A stretch of DNA of 36,549 bases from Barthelona sp. PAP020 (Eukaryota): contig JARQWU010000084.1 of NCBI GenBank assembly GCA_040182905.1, forward strand, positions 1 through 36,549, written 5' to 3'. Both the position numbers and the translations under genes were made by a program. Numbering within the stretch: position 1 is the stretch's first letter; each line of letters opens with the position of its first letter. Below the pieces are notes generated by a model that worked only from the letters and a program-made list of their open reading frames with translations, did not search any database and was not told the origin of the DNA. Positions 27,101 through 36,549 of this stretch are shown one piece after another.

Positions 27101-28844
27101 TGTTTGATTGAGAAAAATAGAAATTAATTGCTGAAATAATTTCATCATCATAAAAATCACTCAAATCAACAGTTTGAAAATCTTTCCAATTTTGAATTCT
27201 TGTTAAAATATAAGATTCTTTCAAACATTTATAATGATCTTTGTTTAAAAAAGTCTGACAATTTAAATTATTTCTCAACAACTCATATTCTTCAAAATTT
27301 ATACATATCTTATAGGTTAATAAAGCTTCAAAAATATCATCTTTTTGAATATCATAAACTTTTGATAAATTTTTAACAATATATCCTTGCTTTTTAATAT
27401 TTGAAGCCTCAATTTTGAATTGATTAATACAATCATTCAAATGATGATTCAACAAATGTTTAAACTTTTCATATTTTTGAGAAAATTTCATTTTTTTCAA
27501 ATTGTCAAAAATCAGAAATTTATCAGATAAAAAAATAAAATTTTCAATATTTCCCTTTGATAAAAATAATTTCAATAAAATTCTTTGATTCAAAACATCA
27601 ATCAATTGAAAACTATCATTTTCAAACAAAATACCCAGAATCAATTCATTTTCAAACCATTCACAATGTTTTATCGTTAAATTTTTTTCCAAAGAAAATT
27701 CATATCTGTATATTTGTTTATTTAAATCAAAAACTTTTATTCTATCCAAAAATCTGGCATAAAAGAAAGATCCACTTGAATGAAATTGCACATCAATACA
27801 ATATTTATCAATTTTTTTAATTCCAAAAGATAATAAAGTATTAACAATATGAATACTACCATCAATTTCATCAATCACTATCAACAAATCCCCTAATTTA
27901 GAAAATTTGGCAAATTTCGGTTTATTTACATTTAAATATTTCATATATACAGTATCATCAGAAATTAAATCAATTTTGGTAAATTTACTGTCATTTTCTA
28001 TGCAAAATAAAGTCTTTTCATCAACAACCTTCACATTTAATATCTTATTTTCAAATGTTATCAATCTTTTAATTAAATCATTTTCAAAAACATTTTCAAG
28101 TATATATAATTCATTTTCATTGAAACAAACAAAAGTTTGAGAAAAAAAACTGCATTCTAAGGAAGTCAACTTTAGATTTATTTCATTTATCAATTTATTA
28201 GAACGTTTTAAATCATAAACAAAAATACCAAAATTTAATGTGACAAAGAGTAAATAATGGTCAAATACATACAATCTTTTGGTATCTTCTTTAAATTCAT
28301 GATATTTTGCGAAAATTTCCGTGTCACATTCATCTAAAGAGAGTTCATCACTGTAAATCTCCTTTTCATTCTTTAAACACAAACCAACAAATCGAAACTT
28401 TTGATTCTCCAATGAATAAATAGTTAAACCTTCACAACAAAACCCATGGTCTAATAAATATTTTAAAGTTTCAAAATGATCATGTTTTATCAACAATTCT
28501 CCAAACCTTCGACAAAAAAATTTCTCTTCTCTATCAATCATTCCATGTGCATCTATAATATTCTTAATCATCTTTAATAATGATTCATCATTCATATTTA
28601 GTACAAAATTATCACAAATGTCATTCCAAATTTTTCGGATTTCATAAGCATTTCTGGCTGATTTAACAATACGTTGAGTTATTTCTTTGGATGATTCAAA
28701 CTGTTTATCATATCCACCATTGAAAACTCGTTTTGAAATCAATTGAATTTTTTCTTCCGTTAATTCATATCTTTCAACAATATCGCTCCATTCAGGTAAA
28801 TTATTCAACAATTTCAAATATTTAGTTTGATGAAGTTCATCCAT
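24132..28844 (-). CDS. Large protein of three tandem helical + WD40/beta-propeller modules
   Basis: WD-like units in three blocks (e.g. HESNIFSLCID..SGDAGG, HSNRINQL..TCSNDKTIVIYD, FVTASNDDHLKIWN). Each block ends in a related cap motif. First ATG is at 28844. Confidence 0.8.
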   Translation of the reverse strand: MDELHQTKYLKLLNNLPEWSDIVERYELTEEKIQLISKRVFNGGYDKQFESSKEITQRIVKSARNAYEIRKIWNDICDNFVLNMNDESLLKMIKNIIDAHGMIDREEKFFCRRFGELLIKHDHFETLKYLLDHGFCCEGLTIYSLENQKFRFVGLCLKNEKEIYSDELSLDECDTEIFAKYHEFKEDTKRLYVFDHYLLFVTLNFGIFVYDLKRSNKLINEINLKLTSLECSFFSQTFVCFNENELYILENVFENDLIKRLITFENKILNVKVVDEKTLFCIENDSKFTKIDLISDDTVYMKYLNVNKPKFAKFSKLGDLLIVIDEIDGSIHIVNTLLSFGIKKIDKYCIDVQFHSSGSFFYARFLDRIKVFDLNKQIYRYEFSLEKNLTIKHCEWFENELILGILFENDSFQLIDVLNQRILLKLFLSKGNIENFIFLSDKFLIFDNLKKMKFSQKYEKFKHLLNHHLNDCINQFKIEASNIKKQGYIVKNLSKVYDIQKDDIFEALLTYKICINFEEYELLRNNLNCQTFLNKDHYKCLKESYILTRIQNWKDFQTVDLSDFYDDEIISAINFYFSQSNIDKQELLRCILNKCILNERFSLIKSIFSMQFLPFEGLGLAIELLNKNKLDLFSLSLIVDHSLFNNEIFIDENKKIMKTFENFEKVQKYLSNSNFNVYVKNNDELVVEDTKTFESLMNFCEKFSIQSIVMNNDKILIGLSGSFNIIEFLLKENQIKINQRYCTHESNIFSLCIDENFVYSGDAGGILCKYDTVTQKLIMRKKFMCMGIWKIFVTKDEIDRIILCTSNGIIILKKSNLDEIRHLNDLNIAIKSCAFCENTQELYFIVNNDLFRLNVNENEENIEKIELFLERGEKIIDLKEKYDIESEIGLITSKGRFIIIDVNTHTIIINLVLNMKMSLDKFDDMDNKILAFQFNKFDKMIEITTNKEIIAYKFVKSYELFFEKFKNVLLNNRNVLIQQLINATKYGTLIHASKSVLKPLLSRKIIDDDFSKVLIESGLNVIAEEYLLLDGCLDEEILLKNKKNGGNVLKMKNYFDKQFQPLYCVELPLDQLLTVVDDKVLSKEYNFSKITNIEEQQKYLRLANYHNKLLCFKQMLECNYETNKLFFELCNNNINSQKVPINFDYINLLLKYEKNISLNIHQDLKFTELDTFSLNNEYPDSIKFIDSKQNIFTTISSNILNIWQIISNKSHIKLLDTIKIHSNRINQLIYHNNQFITCSNDKTIVIYDISTKEKTVFIQNEKIIDIILVNNNNSLISINEKGEMIQYCLLSFSIIVSKNLFIIPSSIKVAPNKQFILICSNDGLIYKMRLMDLKIIQTIRVLENVDAPDASVEINVVDEELDNILMNNREILDLEFDTNCIHFVTASNDDHLKIWNNDGDVLYTLKLNAKANKCRFIQNDKYILVVSNNSLIKIFDLKLNLIKEIKSDFKYIKDFDLNEDFFICCGENSIQLYSLFELDGFSKFVKSDENWDNFSNSLIEISQKFQIDGLLCNLYKKNIFDQFGDDIVQLIKRGVLLNIEELEDLKPILANLVDVNQKNGGNAEYFDDYY

Positions 28845-28910
28845 TTTCAATATTTTTAAATTATGAACACAAATAAAAAATAAAATAAAATCAATTTTAT
28901 GAATTTATGA

Positions 28911-30017
28911 ATGTCTGAAAGACCAACCATTAATTTAATTACATCAACATTAAACAAACAAAAATCAAATAACGATTTACAAAAAAATAATCGTCCTTCA
29001 ATCAATATTTTTAGTTCTGTTGGTCAAAAAAACGTTAAAACAACAGCTGACCAAAAAAAGCATGTAAATATTATTAAATCAGAAAGTGTCATTTCATTTA
29101 CAAATGATCAAAACAGCGAAAAACCTGATGTACCTTCCAGAAAAGGTAGAAGACCTATTAGTGCAAAAGTGAATGGCAACAGAATAGATGAAAATGTAAT
29201 ATCCCAAGAAATACCCAAAAACACACCAAAATTGTATTCAATCACAAACATGTATCATGATATGGATGAAAAAAACAATCCAAAGAAAGACATATTTGAT
29301 GAATCGGAAGAAGAAGAAGAAGATAATATGGTGAATCCTGTTGAAGCCTATCTTATGGATGATATTTATGAAAGTCAAGATCAAATCAATAATTCTTTAG
29401 AATTTCATTCCATAACTTCCCCAAAAGCTTTTACTTATGATAACACACCCAGACCTTCTTCAGGACCTTCACAAATGATGCAACATGATCCGACAATGTT
29501 TTCCACAAAAGGACCAAAAAATCGTCCTGTGAGCACCGAAAGAAACAATAAATATCAATCTAATGTGGAAATACCTTTTGATAAGCCTAGAAAAGTTAAT
29601 TATGTACCATATACGTTGGATGATTACAGAATTCTCAAGGATAATGGTCCTGATAATGATAGAAAGCTTGAGTATAGAAAGGATACAGAAGAATATATGT
29701 TACAAAAAGCAAAAAGGGACAAAATAAAACAATATTCTGAAAGTGTTTTGGATCAGAGAAAAACAATGTTACCTAAAAGAAAAACACAAGTTGAAGATTC
29801 ATCTAAATCAAAAACGGAATCAAAACGAGAAAGAGCAAAAAAATATGCTCAACAATTATCAACTCATCAACCTTCAATATCGACAAAAAGTACCACAACC
29901 AAGAAAACCCCTACTATTCCAAAGAAAACAATTACTTTAGATCAAATTCAAGTTTTACATGAACAACATTTAGAAGATTGCAAAAATGTCCAATTAATTC
30001 TTGATGAATTTTTATAA
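28911..30017 (+). CDS. JHY-like (C11orf63) C-terminal domain protein, probably ciliary/flagellar
   Basis: YVPYTLDDYR...KRDKIKQYSESV...KRERAKKYAQQL...LHEQHLED matches the order of JHY-domain motifs as I recall them (YKPYTLKDY, KQKEYA, RQKALEYAK, L..RH..E). Confidence 0.55.
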   Translation: MSERPTINLITSTLNKQKSNNDLQKNNRPSINIFSSVGQKNVKTTADQKKHVNIIKSESVISFTNDQNSEKPDVPSRKGRRPISAKVNGNRIDENVISQEIPKNTPKLYSITNMYHDMDEKNNPKKDIFDESEEEEEDNMVNPVEAYLMDDIYESQDQINNSLEFHSITSPKAFTYDNTPRPSSGPSQMMQHDPTMFSTKGPKNRPVSTERNNKYQSNVEIPFDKPRKVNYVPYTLDDYRILKDNGPDNDRKLEYRKDTEEYMLQKAKRDKIKQYSESVLDQRKTMLPKRKTQVEDSSKSKTESKRERAKKYAQQLSTHQPSISTKSTTTKKTPTIPKKTITLDQIQVLHEQHLEDCKNVQLILDEFL

Positions 30018-30120
30018 ACTACATGTATGTACACAAATCTTTTATTTTTTTATTGATTTATCAAAGAAGAAAAAAAAAAAATTAAAATTGGCAACAGAAT
30101 ATATTTTCAATTGCAAAATC

Positions 30121-32925
30121 ATGACCCCGTTACCAAAAGGGCAATCACGGATTGATTTGCAACGAGAAATAGAAATGAGAGACGCGCAACTTGCTCATCA
30201 ACTAATAGAAAATGATTATTCATATTTTGTTATTGAAGATCTTAAATCGGAAATGTTGGATGTCAAAGAGACATTAAACTTTATTGCCAAAAGTTTTTCG
30301 AAATTAAAAGAAGAATCACCAAGTTTTTCAAATTCCAATGCCAAATTTGAAAAAAAGATGATTGATAGTCACAGTAATGATTTAATATCCCCGAAAATAA
30401 CAGAAAAAGATTTAGAATATGCTGAAATAAATTCAACCGGGACTTTTTGGGAAGAAACTGATAAAAAGGATGTAGAAACAGAAGTCTATGATATAGAAGA
30501 TGTTTTTGGTGATGAAAATACAACAATTAATATGAATCCGTTACGAATGAATACATTAAAGAAGAATAAATCAAAACCAAAACTGGAACCAAAAATTTCA
30601 AATGAAGAGCCAAAGAATATGATATTAAAGGATGATGAAATATTTCAAACTCCTTCAAACGTCCAAGGTTTAACACCTTCAAGTAAAATTGAAGATTTGG
30701 GTTTGACTGGAGAATTAGATAAATTTTCAGATCTTATTCATCAAAAACAAAAAAGCATTTTATCCAAAGGGATTGATGAGGATTTTGAAGATGTAAAAAT
30801 GTACAATCCTAATTCAAATACAAATACAAGATACAATTTTAAGAATAATGTTGAAATGGATAAATATAATGATATTATTGCAAAATTTAAAGAAGAGAAG
30901 ATTCAATTGGAAGAAGAGAAAGCACAATTAGAGTTTGAAAAGAAGGAATTGGTTAAGACTATTGAAGAGCTCAAAAATTCACATTCAATGTTGCAAAATG
31001 AAATGACAGGTGTAAATAAACAACAAGAAATTCTTAAGAAAGAAAATAAAGAGTTACAATTAGAACGTAATGAGATACAATTGGAAATTGAAAATGTGAA
31101 TAATGAATTAAGCGTATTTCATGAAGAATTAGAGAGTTTAAAAGCTTTGAAATTTGAAGAAACCAAACAAAGTGAATTAATTAAAAATGAATTGAATGAA
31201 TTGATTGAAAAGAAAGTCATTGTTGAAGGTGAAATGAACAATTGTATTTTAGAAAAGGAAAAAATATTGGAAACAAATGAACACTATAAAACTGAAATAA
31301 ATAAAATGGAAAGTAATTTGGCTGAATTGAAAGAAAAATTTGAAAAAGTTCAGAAAGAAAAAGATGAAATGTTTGCAGAGTATGGGAATTTGTTGAAAGA
31401 TCGTGATTGTTTGATTGAAGCAAAGAACGAATTATCTACTGAAGTAAATGTATGCAAAACAAATTTAGATGATTTAAAAAGTCAAACAAAAGATATTATG
31501 AAAAAAAAGGAAAGATTATTAAATGACACTGATTATTTAAGAGAACAAAATGGAAAGACTCTTGATATTAATGAAAAATTAACAACACAAAGAGAAAATT
31601 TAATTGAAATTGTTGGAAAATTAACTGAAGATAAAATAGAGTTAGAAACGAACATTAAAAATTTAGGAGAACAAACAGTTGGAATTACAATGTTAAAACA
31701 TGAAGAAAGATTCAACAAATTGTTGAAAGATATCAAAATAAAGGAAGAAGAATATTCCAATTTAAAAACAAATTTTGAAACAAACAAAGATGACTTTGAA
31801 ATGAAAATAAATAACTTGGAAAGAGAGTATCAAAGTTTATTAAATGAAAAGGATAGCGATATAAAAGCATTGGAATGTTTGCATTCAGAAAAAACCTTTG
31901 AAATGTTAAAAAGTTCCAATGAACAATTGATTGAAAAAGAAAAGGAGATGGAAAAGTTTAACAAAGTATCTTTTGAAAGAAAACAAGCAATAATTGAAGA
32001 AATTACTAATTTGGAATTAAAATTGAGCACTTTAAGTACACAATATGAGTTCTTAAATAAACAGTATATTCAATTATCAAAAAATAATCCAAATCAAACA
32101 GATTTAAAAGAAAAGTTAAGAGATATTACAGTTATTAATGAGGATTTAATGGTTGATAATAATGCTTTATTAGAAAACAAAAAAAAATTGGAAAAAAAAA
32201 TTGAATTTTTATCCAAATCGATAATTTTAGAAAAAAGAAAGCATGAGGATGAAATTTCTCAATTGAAACAAGATGTAGCGAATAAAGATATACTTCTAGA
32301 AGAAAATGTATCAATTATTAATCAATTGAAAGAAAAATTCAATTCAAATTTGGAAAATATTCAAAACAATGAAATATCTCAACAAAATCAACAATCTTTT
32401 GATAATTATGAAGAATTGATCAATGCTTTGAAAGATCAAATGTATTTCATCGAAGAAGAAAAGAATCTCTTGAAACAAAATTCAAAGAAAGAAAAAGAAA
32501 AGTTCAGTCAAATTTTAACAAAAAATAAACTTTTAATTGACAAAATTGAAAGTTTAGAACGACAATTATTGGAACAAAATGAACTAGTAGATAATGAATT
32601 GTTACTAATTACAGAAAATAAATTACCCTTAACTATATCTGAACTTATATCTACAGTAGAAGCTCAAGATGAATTAAGAAGAAGATTGAGCGAATCTGAA
32701 AGAATTAAATTGAAAGCTTTGAACACTGTCAGATCGTTACAAAAGCAAAAATCGACTTTAAAGATTAATCAATTTGATAATTCCAATTTTTCATCAATTT
32801 CATCACCAATCATTCAAAAAAATTCTGTAAGATCACCTGCAATGGCAATATTGAAAACGAAAACAAAAGATAAAAATAACAATTCGTCAGTCAAAAAAAC
32901 TGCTGTTTATGGTGGCAGGTATTAG
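30121..32925 (+). CDS. Long coiled-coil protein
   Basis: About 600 aa of E/K/L-rich heptads. The likely start is the ATG at 30121 (MTPLPKG), which removes the overlap with the upstream gene. Confidence 0.8.
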   Translation: MTPLPKGQSRIDLQREIEMRDAQLAHQLIENDYSYFVIEDLKSEMLDVKETLNFIAKSFSKLKEESPSFSNSNAKFEKKMIDSHSNDLISPKITEKDLEYAEINSTGTFWEETDKKDVETEVYDIEDVFGDENTTINMNPLRMNTLKKNKSKPKLEPKISNEEPKNMILKDDEIFQTPSNVQGLTPSSKIEDLGLTGELDKFSDLIHQKQKSILSKGIDEDFEDVKMYNPNSNTNTRYNFKNNVEMDKYNDIIAKFKEEKIQLEEEKAQLEFEKKELVKTIEELKNSHSMLQNEMTGVNKQQEILKKENKELQLERNEIQLEIENVNNELSVFHEELESLKALKFEETKQSELIKNELNELIEKKVIVEGEMNNCILEKEKILETNEHYKTEINKMESNLAELKEKFEKVQKEKDEMFAEYGNLLKDRDCLIEAKNELSTEVNVCKTNLDDLKSQTKDIMKKKERLLNDTDYLREQNGKTLDINEKLTTQRENLIEIVGKLTEDKIELETNIKNLGEQTVGITMLKHEERFNKLLKDIKIKEEEYSNLKTNFETNKDDFEMKINNLEREYQSLLNEKDSDIKALECLHSEKTFEMLKSSNEQLIEKEKEMEKFNKVSFERKQAIIEEITNLELKLSTLSTQYEFLNKQYIQLSKNNPNQTDLKEKLRDITVINEDLMVDNNALLENKKKLEKKIEFLSKSIILEKRKHEDEISQLKQDVANKDILLEENVSIINQLKEKFNSNLENIQNNEISQQNQQSFDNYEELINALKDQMYFIEEEKNLLKQNSKKEKEKFSQILTKNKLLIDKIESLERQLLEQNELVDNELLLITENKLPLTISELISTVEAQDELRRRLSESERIKLKALNTVRSLQKQKSTLKINQFDNSNFSSISSPIIQKNSVRSPAMAILKTKTKDKNNNSSVKKTAVYGGRY

Positions 32926-33258
32926 AACTTCGAAATGTTTTCTTCAAATTTAAACATTGTATTCATATTTCTTCACATTGTACATAATCTTTGGATAAAT
33001 GCTTTTTACTTTCATTCTTATTTTCGAAAATGATTAAACAAACAATGTTAATTTCATTTTATCATCCCTTCAAAATATTTCATCTTTGGGAAGGAAATAT
33101 GACACACAACAAAAGATTGTTATTCATCATAACTCTAAATTCTCAATAATAAACAGTTAAATTTGAATTATATTGAAAAATGGTTGAAATGCAGTGGAAC
33201 AAAAAAAAAAAGCGTCTTCAATTTAATTTCTTTTTACTTTCAATTTCACGTCAATATT

Positions 33259-35763
33259 ATGGATACCGATACATTTTTGCGCAATATGGAAGGATTTGTA
33301 ACCCATACCGAAAATCAAATGAATGAATCCTTCAATGATAGATTAATTTTATCTGATTTAGAGCGTCTTGCAATGGCTGATCCATATTCTATGAATAACA
33401 TTGCTTCAAATAGTCATGTTATGGAAACAGAAACTATACTTGCTGGTGCTTTCGATCATCCTTATTCCTATTCTTTTAGTCCTTCAAAACGTCGTGTTAC
33501 TCTTTCACCAAAAACAAATAACAATAATATGAATCATAGTCAAACATTTACAAAATCGACTTTATCAAATGAAAATGTAAATTTTTTACTTTCACCTAAA
33601 TCACCTTTATCACCTGATATTCATGTATCCATTGAAAATAATGAAGATGATTCAATAAGTAAATTAATTCAACCTCCTTCTGCACGAAAAATTGTTGATT
33701 GTGTAAAATACTATTCGGAGTATTTATTACATCCCAGAGTCAATGTTCAAATTGAGGCATTAGAACAGATAAAAAACATATTAGATCAATCTTCAAATGT
33801 TAGAGATGACAGTAGGCCTTTTGTTGTTGCTCTTGAAACCATTCTAAATTCTGATGATCTGGACACAGAGTTTTTTTCAAATTGTTTACAACTATTGAGT
33901 TATTTAGGTTTACAGCTTGATAATGAATTGTTGAAAATTATTGGGATGTTCCTTTTGCCAAACATTGAAGCCATTGTCATAATAAAGCAAATTGTACATG
34001 TGTTTATGAGCAATGGAATCCGTGGTTTGACATTGCTTGTTAATATCACATCCCATTTTGCACCTTCTCATGAATTACTAATTTTAAGTCATCTTGTTAA
34101 TCATCCTGGAATTATTTCCAATATTTTACCTTCTATTTTAGTCAGTGCGTTCGAACAAACATCTTCAGTCGATCTTGATGAAATTTTATTAATTGTTGGT
34201 TTGTTTGCTGAGCATTGTACCGCACTTGTTCCCATTATTTCAAATTTGATTGTTGAAAACAAAGTTGATTCATTAATGGGATGTTGGATTTTAGCACAAT
34301 TAGGAACTAACGGCATCAATGCTCTTCAAGAAATTTTTTTTGACCCAAAAAAACCAGTTCATCTTCAAACTGATGCATTGTTAACAATTGCTGAATCGGT
34401 GAGACTGTATGATCTTGGAATTACTCGAGAACAAGGATGGGTATCTCTAAAACTTGATAGTAACACTATTTTTTTTGTAAATAGTGAAGATGTAGTGACA
34501 ATAAAAGATATATTAGGACTTTCTGAGAAACCTAAATCACTTGAACAACGTGATGTTCCTATTGTTCATTTGTCAGTATTACATTTTAGCAATGCACTTT
34601 CTGCTTTGTTGGAATCTGGTTCATTTCAATCTCCTCAACAATTTGATGGGCCTATTAATACACAATCTCCAAGAAGACTTGCCAAAGTTAGAGTTGGTAC
34701 GGGGATTGATATTGGTTCTTTGATTGAAGTAGCATTGCAATCAAACTTTTCTATCTTACAAGAAGCTGGGCTTTCTGCAATTGCAGTTACAGGGACTCAA
34801 GGATTTGAAGAGAGTATTGATTTCTTTTTGCAGTCTGATGATGTTGATGTTGTATTGAGTGCTATTCAAGCTTTATCTTCACTTCATCACATTTCAAGTT
34901 CATTGAGAAGACATGTCGGTGATTTGCTTCACCATAGACTTCACATTGTTCGTTTAAGTGTTGTCGAGGCTCTGGGTTTATTGGGACAAGAAGTTGAAAA
35001 ATTGCTGCCTGAAATCAAACATTGCTTTGTTGTAGGTTCTGTTGGAAGAACTACTGCTGCTTTAGCCATTTTGAGCATTTCATCGACTGGAATTGATGAT
35101 TTGATTCAAGTGATAAGTTCTATTCGAAAAGAAAATACAGCAGCACATCGAGTAGCGGCAATCAATGCATTAGGTTTTGTTACATTTCCTTGTTCAAAAT
35201 TACAGTTGATTGTAGATGCTTTGAATAATGCTTTAAAAGATCCAGTTGCAACCGTGAGAATTGCAGCTCTTGAATCTATTATTAAATTGGCTGAAAGGAT
35301 ACCACAAGATCAATTATTACCATTTTTCCAACCAAGACAACTAATGAGCACCATTTCATTGTTGTTGTCTGATTCAAGTCCACAAGTTTGTACTATAGCC
35401 GCTAAGTTTTTAAGTGACTCTGGAGAACATGGAAGATTAGTGTTGGTGTCTACTGCGTTGAAACATCGTTCATCTAAAGTTAGAGCTGTTGCTGTCAGCG
35501 CTTTACCATTGAGTGGAAAGACTTTAAGACCTTTATTTTTGGCATTAAATGATAAAAGTGAAAGAGTCAAACATACAGCAGCTGAAGCCTTGAAAGGATT
35601 AACTTTATTTAAATTACAGCAACTATTTGGTGAATTGGATGATGATTTACAAGAAGAACTGAAAGAAACCGCTAGGTCAATAGGTTTTAATATTACACTT
35701 GAAAAAAATCCAGATTTAGCTTCAAAACTTCAAGGCTTGCTGTTGCTTTTGGATCAACTGTGA
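33259..35763 (+). CDS. HEAT/ARM-repeat protein
   Basis: HEAT-like units: HIVRLSVVEALGLLG, LKDPVATVRIAALESI, LSDSSPQVCTIAAKFL and LNDKSERVKHTAAEAL. Likely ATG at 33259. Confidence 0.85.
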   Translation: MDTDTFLRNMEGFVTHTENQMNESFNDRLILSDLERLAMADPYSMNNIASNSHVMETETILAGAFDHPYSYSFSPSKRRVTLSPKTNNNNMNHSQTFTKSTLSNENVNFLLSPKSPLSPDIHVSIENNEDDSISKLIQPPSARKIVDCVKYYSEYLLHPRVNVQIEALEQIKNILDQSSNVRDDSRPFVVALETILNSDDLDTEFFSNCLQLLSYLGLQLDNELLKIIGMFLLPNIEAIVIIKQIVHVFMSNGIRGLTLLVNITSHFAPSHELLILSHLVNHPGIISNILPSILVSAFEQTSSVDLDEILLIVGLFAEHCTALVPIISNLIVENKVDSLMGCWILAQLGTNGINALQEIFFDPKKPVHLQTDALLTIAESVRLYDLGITREQGWVSLKLDSNTIFFVNSEDVVTIKDILGLSEKPKSLEQRDVPIVHLSVLHFSNALSALLESGSFQSPQQFDGPINTQSPRRLAKVRVGTGIDIGSLIEVALQSNFSILQEAGLSAIAVTGTQGFEESIDFFLQSDDVDVVLSAIQALSSLHHISSSLRRHVGDLLHHRLHIVRLSVVEALGLLGQEVEKLLPEIKHCFVVGSVGRTTAALAILSISSTGIDDLIQVISSIRKENTAAHRVAAINALGFVTFPCSKLQLIVDALNNALKDPVATVRIAALESIIKLAERIPQDQLLPFFQPRQLMSTISLLLSDSSPQVCTIAAKFLSDSGEHGRLVLVSTALKHRSSKVRAVAVSALPLSGKTLRPLFLALNDKSERVKHTAAEALKGLTLFKLQQLFGELDDDLQEELKETARSIGFNITLEKNPDLASKLQGLLLLLDQL

Positions 35764-36368
35764 AAAAAAAAAAAACCAAAAAAAAAATTCTTTTCTGTTA
35801 TTTTATTCAAGGTATTTTCGATCATCATTTCAATGATTCACAATTGTTCAAATTAAGTTTGACAACTTTATTTCATCATAGCTTCAATTTTTGAGTGTTC
35901 CACTTTGTAAACAAATTTTATGTTTTATTTTTGAAGTTTTTCTTTTTTTTGAGTGGATATCATATCATTCAAAACTACTCAGTAATTATTCAAAAAATGA
36001 TAATCTTTGACAATAACAAAAATTGATCTTGTAATTCTTCAAAGGTTCCCACTTTATTAACAACTCAGATTCAAGAAAAGTTATAACCTTACATCTGGTT
36101 TTAAATATTACAAGAAATACGTGAATTGAAGATGTTTAGAAGAGTTTCAAAGATCATTTGAAAAACAAAGACTTCATTTGTCCAGATTTTATGGTTCAAT
36201 TTGCTTAAAATGTTTTTTTTAATAAGTTCAGTTATCAAACGAATATTCACTGTAATTTTTACACTCTAAAAAAGAAATTCAAAGAAATTCAAATTTTTTG
36301 CAAAAAAAAAAAATTTACGCCAGACTTATCATGCAAATAATCATCACATTTATCCTAACTCTACTCTT

Positions 36369-36549
36369 TTACCTCTTGTAAAGAGTCTTAAATGAATGCA
36401 ACACAGATTGGTCTGTAAATACCTCATTTTTCACAAATTTCAAACAATTGTCGATTTCATCAGGGTCAAAATGTACAACATTAAAAAGTAATTCCAACAA
36501 ATGGTCAAAATTATCAGAATTTAAACTGAGACTATGTAAAAACAAGGTA
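36369..36549 (-). CDS. 3' end of a gene extending beyond the window (hypothetical protein)
   Basis: Open frame from the window edge: TLFLHSLSLNSDNFDHLLELLFNVVHFDPDEIDNCLKFVKNEVFTDQSVLHSFKTLYKR, then TAA. Confidence 0.6.
   Translation of the reverse strand, partial: TLFLHSLSLNSDNFDHLLELLFNVVHFDPDEIDNCLKFVKNEVFTDQSVLHSFKTLYKR

Noticed and set aside
30001..30120. Apparent overlap of the 974-aa ORF with the upstream gene, and similar N-terminal extensions at 5535, 17634, 18073 and 33163
   Set aside because: These extensions translate poly-A/T intergenic sequence, often from TTG starts. Downstream ATGs fit better.

Overview
This is AT-rich, gene-dense, almost intron-free eukaryotic DNA in the standard genetic code (TAA, TAG and TGA all end genes). 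It most likely comes from a flagellated protist. A JHY-like ciliary gene, a cathepsin B without the occluding loop and a presequence-less ornithine aminotransferase fit a metamonad-like anaerobe, but that assignment is inference. Recognisable genes are UFM1, RPLP0, OAT, cathepsin B, MCMBP, HAT1, eIF3h, a SAPS/PP6R protein, a class 3 lipase, a Cwc21-like protein, a degenerate kinesin, and WD40, HEAT and coiled-coil proteins. Four signals the ORF track misses or mis-starts stand out. (1) An 80-nt intron at 10122-10201 looks like two mini-introns joined at an AG|GT point with no exon between, suggesting recursive splicing. (2) A 46-aa His/Gly-rich peptide starting MGCxxS lies at 20730-20870. (3) A 33-codon ORF starting ATG-GGT-TGA, with a synonymously varying QNT repeat, is followed by a K-turn/SECIS- or C/D-like element (7061-7269). 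(4) A double hairpin sits between convergent genes at 24017-24096. All family calls come from recognising motifs by eye; no searches were run.
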